Assembly: GCF_002682985.1 (NCBI RefSeq)
Contig: NZ_MKGN01000015.1
Coordinates: forward strand, 1-12,272
DNA length: 12,272 bases
Reading direction: 5' to 3'
Origin: Candidatus Tremblayella phenacoccinincola
GTDB taxonomy: Bacteria; Pseudomonadota; Gammaproteobacteria; Burkholderiales; Burkholderiaceae
Part shown: positions 7,004-12,272 of the stretch, one piece after another
Position numbering within the stretch: the first letter of the stretch is position 1
How the letters are laid out: each line of letters begins with the position of its first letter
Position numbers and translations under genes: made by a program
Notes under the pieces: generated by a model
The model's input: only the letters and a program-made list of their open reading frames with translations
The model's database searches: none
What the model was told of the DNA's origin: nothing

Positions 7004-8030
7004 AGTTAAAGTACCCCATCTAGCAGAGTCTGTATCAGAAGCTGTTGTTCTAAAGTGGAGGAAGCTAGAAGGACAATATGTTAAGAAGGGAGATGTCCTA
7101 CTTGAATTGGAGACAGACAAGGTTATTATAGAGATACCTTCTGATGCTAATGGGTTGATTAAGAAGATTAAGACACCTGAAAGAACTGTAGTACACAGTG
7201 GACAATCTCTGGTAGTAATAGAACCTAAAGAAGATGGGGCTGACACCTATGGAACAGCCTCTACCGAATGTAATACCGAAATACCTACAAAGACAATACA
7301 TACATGCCTTTGCAGCCAGACAAGAAGCCACAGGCTAGAAAGATACGAAGCTTTGTCTGGTCTACGAAAGAACTTAATACAACGCTTACTACGAGTCCAT
7401 AAAAGCAGCATAACTCTTACCACCTTCAATGAAGTAAATATGTGTTCAGTCATTAAGATACGAGATATGTACAAACATGCTTTTACCAAGAAACATGGCA
7501 TTAAGTTAGGGTTAACCAGCTTTTTCGTAAAAGCAGTCTCAATTGCACTAAAGAAATATCCTATTCTAAATGCATCAATTAAAGGTGATTCTATAGTGTA
7601 TCATGAGTATCAAGATATAGGAGTCGCTATAAACACACCTCTAGGACTTATTGTTCCAATACTAAGAAACACTGAAAGAATGAACATACGTACTGTTGAA
7701 AAGAGTATCTCTAACTTCATGGTAAAAGCAATACAGAACAGGTTTGCTATTGAAGAACTCCGAGGTGGCACATTTACTGTTTCTAACGGAGGTATATTTG
7801 GATCTTTGTTATCAACACCTGTATTAAACCCACCTCAAGCTTCAATATTAGGAATCCATTCTGTTGAGCAACGTCCCATTGTATTGATCGATAAAGTAGA
7901 AGTTAAACCTATGTTATATTTAGCATTATCCTACGACCACAGACTGATAGATGGTAAAGAAGCAGTATCTTTCTTAAGAACAGTTAAAGAAGCATTAGAA
8001 GATCCTATAGTCCTAACGTTGGACACCTAA
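6984..8030 (+). CDS. sucB: Dihydrolipoyllysine-residue succinyltransferase (E2o): lipoyl domain plus catalytic domain, no recognisable E3-binding domain
   Basis: 348-aa ORF. It has the lipoyl-lysine motif LELETDKV, catalytic-domain motifs LTTFNEVNM and [10 protein letters not shown], and the C-terminal LEDP. An AAGGAA (6973..6978) lies 5 nt before the ATG. The ORF overlaps the sucA 3' end by 20 nt. Confidence 0.93.
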   Translation: MAATEIEVKVPHLAESVSEAVVLKWRKLEGQYVKKGDVLLELETDKVIIEIPSDANGLIKKIKTPERTVVHSGQSLVVIEPKEDGADTYGTASTECNTEIPTKTIHTCLCSQTRSHRLERYEALSGLRKNLIQRLLRVHKSSITLTTFNEVNMCSVIKIRDMYKHAFTKKHGIKLGLTSFFVKAVSIALKKYPILNASIKGDSIVYHEYQDIGVAINTPLGLIVPILRNTERMNIRTVEKSISNFMVKAIQNRFAIEELRGGTFTVSNGGIFGSLLSTPVLNPPQASILGIHSVEQRPIVLIDKVEVKPMLYLALSYDHRLIDGKEAVSFLRTVKEALEDPIVLTLDT

Positions 8031-8130
8031 TAAGACTGGCATGTTTCAGGACTATCTTTGTATGGAAGGGAGTCAGTTAAGGCTGTTATAAACCAAATTG
8101 ATTCAAAGCTAAAAGCAGAACGTTCGGCTA

Positions 8131-8139
8131 TGCTATAAT
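8131..8139 (+). promoter_or_regulatory. Candidate extended -10 promoter element (TGcTATAAT) for rpsF-rpsR-rplI
   Basis: It is an exact TGnTATAAT in the 173-nt sucB/rpsF spacer, about 65 nt upstream of the rpsF GTG. There is no convincing -35. This is sequence-pattern evidence only. Confidence 0.35.
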
Positions 8140-8203
8140 AGACTCCTCTTAAATAAACCCAATATGGCTATCTCAACTAACAACTGGAAGAGCGTATATC
8201 AAA

Positions 8204-8557
8204 GTGAACCACTACGAAATAGTGTATTTAATGGACGCAGTAAACAATAAAGAGTCGGCTTCTTTTTTCAGAGAGTTGAGTGGCACAGTTTTATCTGTAG
8301 GAGGGTTGGTACATCGGTATGAAAGCTGGGGTAAACATATTCTTTCTTATGTCATTAAGAATACCCCCACTGCTTATTATTACTGTATGAACATCGAATG
8401 CTCTTGTGATTCTTTAATCAAAATAAACACTAAGCTCAAACAAAACCGTACGTTATTAAGATTTCTTATAGTGAAACGTAAATACAAACCAACCTGCAAG
8501 TCAGTGTTTATAAAAGCTCTGGAAAAAGATAACCCTTCACAAGACCAAAAAGAATGA
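8204..8557 (+). CDS. rpsF: 30S ribosomal protein S6 (GTG start)
   Basis: 117-aa ORF. The N-terminus (M)NHYEIVYLM matches the S6 MRHYEIV pattern, and [13 protein letters not shown] matches RLEDWGRRQLAY. GGAAGAG lies 11 nt upstream of the GTG. The stop overlaps the rpsR start (ATGA). Confidence 0.92.
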   Translation: MNHYEIVYLMDAVNNKESASFFRELSGTVLSVGGLVHRYESWGKHILSYVIKNTPTAYYYCMNIECSCDSLIKINTKLKQNRTLLRFLIVKRKYKPTCKSVFIKALEKDNPSQDQKE

Positions 8558-8844
8558 AAAGGCATTCTAAACCCACAAAGACCAATGTTAAGAACGGGGT
8601 AATGCCTTTAAAGAAGAAAGCTAACATCACCTGGTCCAAAGCCAACCCTATAGACTACAAAGACATTAGCTCTTTAAGGACTTTCGTCACTAGCTTCGGT
8701 AAAGTTATGTCTTCAAGAATAACAGGCACTGAGACACGTATCCAAAAGCAACTAAGCATTGCAATCAAACGTGCAAGGTTCCTGTCTTTACTTCCCTATG
8801 CCAGCATGCATTTAATATACAAAGAACCGAATAGAACCCAATGA
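8554..8844 (+). CDS. rpsR: 30S ribosomal protein S18 (N- and C-terminally extended form)
   Basis: 96-aa ORF with [18 protein letters not shown] and [13 protein letters not shown]. It has ATGA overlaps with both neighbours. Confidence 0.93.
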   Translation: MKRHSKPTKTNVKNGVMPLKKKANITWSKANPIDYKDISSLRTFVTSFGKVMSSRITGTETRIQKQLSIAIKRARFLSLLPYASMHLIYKEPNRTQ

Positions 8845-9245
8845 AAGTAGTCCTACTAGAAAACATAAGAAAGCTTGGACCCATAGGAACCATTGTGTAC
8901 GTTAAAAACGGCTATGCTAGAAACTTTCTGTTACCTCACATATATACAATTCCTTTCAATATACATGCAATAAGCCCGTCTAAAGATATACTTCATATTG
9001 ACCATCCATACAGAGTTCCAACCTACTTACTATATATGAGATCATCTAAAGATAATGGAGAACTGTTTGAGGCTGTTAAAGATACCGACGTTCTTTATCT
9101 ATTAAGGAAGTTTAATGTTTACGTTTGGAGAGACCAAATCTACATGGCTACTGTATTTAAAAGGCTAGGTGAACATTACGTTAATATAACAATAACTAAC
9201 CACGTTGCAATCAAAGTATGCATCAAAGTTCTAAGGAAAGGCTAA
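8841..9245 (+). CDS. rplI: 50S ribosomal protein L9
   Basis: 134-aa ORF. The N-terminus [32 protein letters not shown] matches the L9 N-domain. The C-domain is recognisable (GELFEAV..., [11 protein letters not shown]). The middle segment is divergent. Confidence 0.9.
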   Translation: MKVVLLENIRKLGPIGTIVYVKNGYARNFLLPHIYTIPFNIHAISPSKDILHIDHPYRVPTYLLYMRSSKDNGELFEAVKDTDVLYLLRKFNVYVWRDQIYMATVFKRLGEHYVNITITNHVAIKVCIKVLRKG

Positions 9246-9312
9246 CTCGACGCAATATGAACTAAACCAATCCATAGCAGGCTCTCCTTCTTAGATTGGC
9301 TGTTTCCATGTA

Positions 9313-9335
9313 TATAAACCAACCCCAACCTAGAA
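9313..9335 (+). promoter_or_regulatory. A/C-rich leader motif TATAAACCAACCCCAACCTAGAA, directly before the in-frame GTG 9336 and 70 nt before the preferred hom ATG
   Basis: CCCCAACCTAG (9323..9333) matches CCCCAACTTAG in the sucA leader. It is preceded by TGTATATAAA, which resembles a -10 element. Confidence 0.25.
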
Positions 9336-9404
9336 GTGGTAGAGCTCTCTATTGAATTCATTATTGGTAACCACAGACTCAATAACAACCACACATCTCG
9401 GAAC

Positions 9405-10619
9405 ATGTCTAAAGTATCTTGCATATGCTTGTTTGGGTTTGGAACGGTGGGAAAAGGAGTTATGGCAGTTATGTATAAGAATAGCTATATAGTTAGAAAC
9501 AGGTTGGAATTAGATCTTAGAATAGCCGTCATATTAACCAGAAGAACATCTAAAACTACAATGATCAATGCTAACTCAATGCAAAAGAATCCAATATATG
9601 AACCCCGAATGTATGTGTTGGTTGAAGCTGTTGGTGGTACATGCTTTGCTCGATATATTATGTTAAGCACCTTAAACACTAAAAAGCTTTTAGTAACTGC
9701 CAATAAAACACTGATTGCCTGTTACAACTTTGAACTAAGACGTACCTACAATAATATCTTGCTTGAGGCTTCAGTGGCAGGAGGCATTCCAATACTAAGA
9801 ATCCTTGAGAAAGCTCTTGTTGGTAACATGATTAGCTATGTGGCAGGCGTATTGAATGGTACTTCCAACTGGTCTTTATCACAAATGTATAGGTTGGGTG
9901 TCCCTTTAAAAAGAGCTTTATTGGACGCGTCTCAAAGAGGATATGCTGAGACAGACAATACATGCGATATTGATGGGGTAGATTCGACACAGAAAACAAG
10001 CATTATATATTACATAACTTTAAGAACAGCCGTAACGATTCGATACGTATTCTTTGAAGGCATAAGAACCGTAAGTCTTCAGGATATTGCATATGGAAAA
10101 AGATTAGGTTTAAACATTAAACTGATGTCTGTTGTTTTAACCATAAGAAAAGCTCTGTGTGCTACATTCCCATGTTTTGTTTCACTTAACTGGCCTTTCT
10201 GGATAGCTGAGGCCACATCTAATGTTATTCTTGTGGTTGGAGACTGTGTTGGTAGAATGTGGCTATTTGGTAAAGGAGCTGGTACAAAGCCAACAGCTTC
10301 ATCTATCATAGCAGACGTTGAGACTATTCGTTATGGGAGCTCTTCTTATCCAACAAAGATATTAACCCACACATACAGCTCCATTACAGATTCAAGAGGT
10401 GGCTTCTATGTTCGGTCAATACACATATCGTTCCAAGAATGCAAAGAGTCTCTGAACATCCTTTTAAAGAGAAAGCTTAACTTAATATCTTTTAGAGTCT
10501 TTGAAGTGAATAAGCGTTTAGAAGTTATTATGGTCTTGATAAACGTTTTCGAAAGAAGCTTCAAACGTGCTGTTGTCTCTTTCAGAGGATTCATTACAAC
10601 CTATAGAGTTCTATTATAG
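9405..10619 (+). CDS. hom: Homoserine dehydrogenase (monofunctional); the ORF is open from GTG 9336
   Basis: From ATG 9405 the protein starts MSKVSCICLFGFGTVGKG, a Rossmann GxGxxG right at the N-terminus as is typical for Hom. Other motifs: LEASVAGGIPI, GVLNGTSNW, GYAETD..DIDGVDSTQK, GKGAGTKPTASSIIADV. It has an ACT-like C-terminal tail. The stop TAG is immediately followed by the thrC ATG. Confidence 0.9.
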   Translation: MSKVSCICLFGFGTVGKGVMAVMYKNSYIVRNRLELDLRIAVILTRRTSKTTMINANSMQKNPIYEPRMYVLVEAVGGTCFARYIMLSTLNTKKLLVTANKTLIACYNFELRRTYNNILLEASVAGGIPILRILEKALVGNMISYVAGVLNGTSNWSLSQMYRLGVPLKRALLDASQRGYAETDNTCDIDGVDSTQKTSIIYYITLRTAVTIRYVFFEGIRTVSLQDIAYGKRLGLNIKLMSVVLTIRKALCATFPCFVSLNWPFWIAEATSNVILVVGDCVGRMWLFGKGAGTKPTASSIIADVETIRYGSSSYPTKILTHTYSSITDSRGGFYVRSIHISFQECKESLNILLKRKLNLISFRVFEVNKRLEVIMVLINVFERSFKRAVVSFRGFITTYRVLL

Positions 10620-12053
10620 ATGCTATATCATTCGACGAGAGAACCCAACAAAGAAGAAAGACTATGCTCTTTCTTAAATGTTTTGTTAAAGGGATTGGCT
10701 AGCGATGGGGGTTTATATGTGCCAACTTCTTACTCAAGCATGTATATTGAAGAGCGCCTATGGAGATACTTTTCATACCAAGAGCTGGCTTCTAGACTAT
10801 ATAGATGGTTCATCAGTGACGTACCGTATTCAATTATAAGAAAGCTAGTAAGGACCGTATACAACGAAAGGTTTCCCTTAAGCTACTACAACAACCATTC
10901 AGGCTCTTGTCCAGTCGGATATGTGGTAGCTACTAACGATAACGTTCCAATATACATGCTTCGCTTATCTAATGGTTCTTCTCTTTCATTCAAAGACATT
11001 GCCATGCAGTTATTGTGTGGCTTCTTTGAGACAATTCTTGGTAGTAGCAGCGTTAACATTATTAGCGCCACCTCTGGAGACACTGGTAGTTCAGTATGCA
11101 CAGCTTTCCAGTTTTGCAAGCGCTCAAGGCTTTTCGTTTACTCACCACTTAAAAGCATATCCGAATATCAAGCTGAACAGATGTACAGCCACCTATCGAT
11201 AAATGCTTTTAACATATGCTTCAACGGAAAGTTTGACTGCTGTCAGGATATTGTTAAACGCTTGTTATGCAAGAATCGAAGTAACAACGGAACTGCCAAC
11301 TCTATAAACTGGGTTCGGTTGCTTTTCCAAACTACGTACTATTTCAGCTCTTACTTTCGAGTAACCATTGCGTCAAAAGAATACGTAACATTTCTTATAC
11401 CATCTGGTAACTTTGGAAATGCTTTTGCAGGGTTCATTTCAAAAACTATGGGACTACCAATAAGAAGAATCATTATCGCAACAAACGAGAATAATGTGTT
11501 GGAGGAGTTCTTCAAAGCTGGCACATACCAAGTAAGAAAAGCTAGCAGTTTGCTATCTACTAACACTCCAAGCATGGACATATCAAAAGCATCAAACCTT
11601 GAACGCTTACTCTTAGAGCTTTTAAATAGGAACTCAAACATATTGTTCAAAGTGTTTCAACAAATACAGTACTTTGGGTTAGTAAGATTACTTAACTACA
11701 TTAGCTACAGGTCCATAAAGAGGTTAGGTATTTCTGCTGAAAGTACGACTGGTTCAGAACGACATATGATAGTTCAGTATATATACAAAAGATGCGGACT
11801 ACTGATTGATACGCATTCTGCCAACGGCGCAAAAGCAATCCTACTGTTAAAACATAGTAATCCCATAAGGGATGTTAAGATTATTCTGGAGACAGCCCAG
11901 GCTTTAAAACTAAAAGACTCACTGCAAGACATGATTGGTAGTAACTACAGTTTCTTAACACAAAGGCGTGTTCGAAGGTTGAGAGTCATGTTTCCTTGTG
12001 TTACCCACGTTAAACAAGTTATGCTTCTAAGGACAGTCTTATTAGGATGTTAG
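10620..12053 (+). CDS. thrC: Threonine synthase (long form)
   Basis: 477-aa ORF. N-terminus YHSTR...LLKGLASDGGLYVP, PLP-lysine motif SLSFKDIAMQ, ATSGDTGSS, IPSGNFGN. It lies directly downstream of hom. Confidence 0.93.
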   Translation: MLYHSTREPNKEERLCSFLNVLLKGLASDGGLYVPTSYSSMYIEERLWRYFSYQELASRLYRWFISDVPYSIIRKLVRTVYNERFPLSYYNNHSGSCPVGYVVATNDNVPIYMLRLSNGSSLSFKDIAMQLLCGFFETILGSSSVNIISATSGDTGSSVCTAFQFCKRSRLFVYSPLKSISEYQAEQMYSHLSINAFNICFNGKFDCCQDIVKRLLCKNRSNNGTANSINWVRLLFQTTYYFSSYFRVTIASKEYVTFLIPSGNFGNAFAGFISKTMGLPIRRIIIATNENNVLEEFFKAGTYQVRKASSLLSTNTPSMDISKASNLERLLLELLNRNSNILFKVFQQIQYFGLVRLLNYISYRSIKRLGISAESTTGSERHMIVQYIYKRCGLLIDTHSANGAKAILLLKHSNPIRDVKIILETAQALKLKDSLQDMIGSNYSFLTQRRVRRLRVMFPCVTHVKQVMLLRTVLLGC

Positions 12054-12272
12054 AGCTCTTATCTACTAATGGTTATTATAGTATCTATAGAGGAAGTTGG
12101 GAGTATTCTTTTGATCTCTTTTGAGACTAGCGTATATATTGATGAACCATATATCTATGGGTTAACTACATATTAGAGTTAGGTTTATTTAGCATATAAT
12201 ATAATAACTATTAACTAAACTGCACTAAGGATATTATATTGATAAGACCAACCAAACATATATTTAGCTATG

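Noticed and set aside
8041-8091. 16-codon ORF MFQDYLCMEGSQLRLL in the sucB/rpsF spacer
   Set aside because: It is too short, with no SD or conservation evidence and no resemblance to SucC. It is most likely chance.
5461-11650. Remaining short antisense or alternate-frame ORFs in the track (5461..5649, 6665..6883, 6968..7246, 7098..7331, 7247..7501, 8380..8565, 9242..9424, 9485..9703, 10079..10309, 10406..10594, 10886..11119, 10972..11202, 11351..11650)
   Set aside because: Each is nested in, or antisense to, a well-supported housekeeping gene. Their translations are hydrophobic or low-complexity and match nothing I recognise. Their sizes are as expected by chance at this base composition.
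1-12272. Alternative genetic code (UGA read as Trp, as in some tiny symbiont genomes)
   Set aside because: All twelve genes are full length under the standard code. TGA terminates sucA, rpsF and rpsR at family-appropriate positions, the latter two in ATGA overlaps. There is no in-frame TGA at conserved Trp positions.
1-12272. Search for CRISPR arrays, IS elements or transposase fragments, integrases, toxin-antitoxin or defence genes
   Set aside because: None was found. The only repeats are the 36-nt hexamer tract and the 18-nt duplication in infB. Every ORF above 100 aa is a recognisable core housekeeping gene or a shadow of one.

Overview
This window is a gene-dense stretch (roughly 90% coding) of a strongly reduced bacterial genome, probably an obligate endosymbiont. 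G+C is about 40%, estimated by hand from a few 60-nt lines. Several proteins look betaproteobacterial: a monofunctional hom abuts a long-form thrC, S18 has an N-terminal extension, and the IscS N-terminus fits that group. A Tremblaya-like lineage is therefore a plausible guess, but I cannot verify it. There are twelve intact housekeeping genes. iscS-iscU-iscA lie on the minus strand. infB (core-only IF2), rbfA, sucA, sucB, rpsF, rpsR, rplI, hom and thrC lie on the plus strand. The genetic code is standard, with TGA used as a stop three times. Usual neighbours are missing (iscR, hscBA, fdx, nusA, truB, priB, thrB; lpdA not seen), so unrelated operon cores sit next to each other. I see no mobile element, CRISPR array, defence or toxin locus, or other accessory multi-gene system, and I do not claim a novel system. 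Six observations are not explained by the ORF track. (1) The ORF-free left 311 nt look like the 3' part of an RNase P RNA, cut by the window edge. (2) SucB appears to lack its peripheral-subunit (E3) binding domain. (3) An A/C-rich TAAAACCCCC...AACYTAG-type motif recurs directly upstream of the start codons of unit-leading genes. (4) A CATAAR hexamer is repeated six times in the iscS/infB divergent spacer. (5) The IF2 linker carries an in-frame 18-nt tandem duplication. (6) The start codons of iscS and hom are ambiguous. All homology statements come from reading the translations against remembered family motifs. No database search was run.
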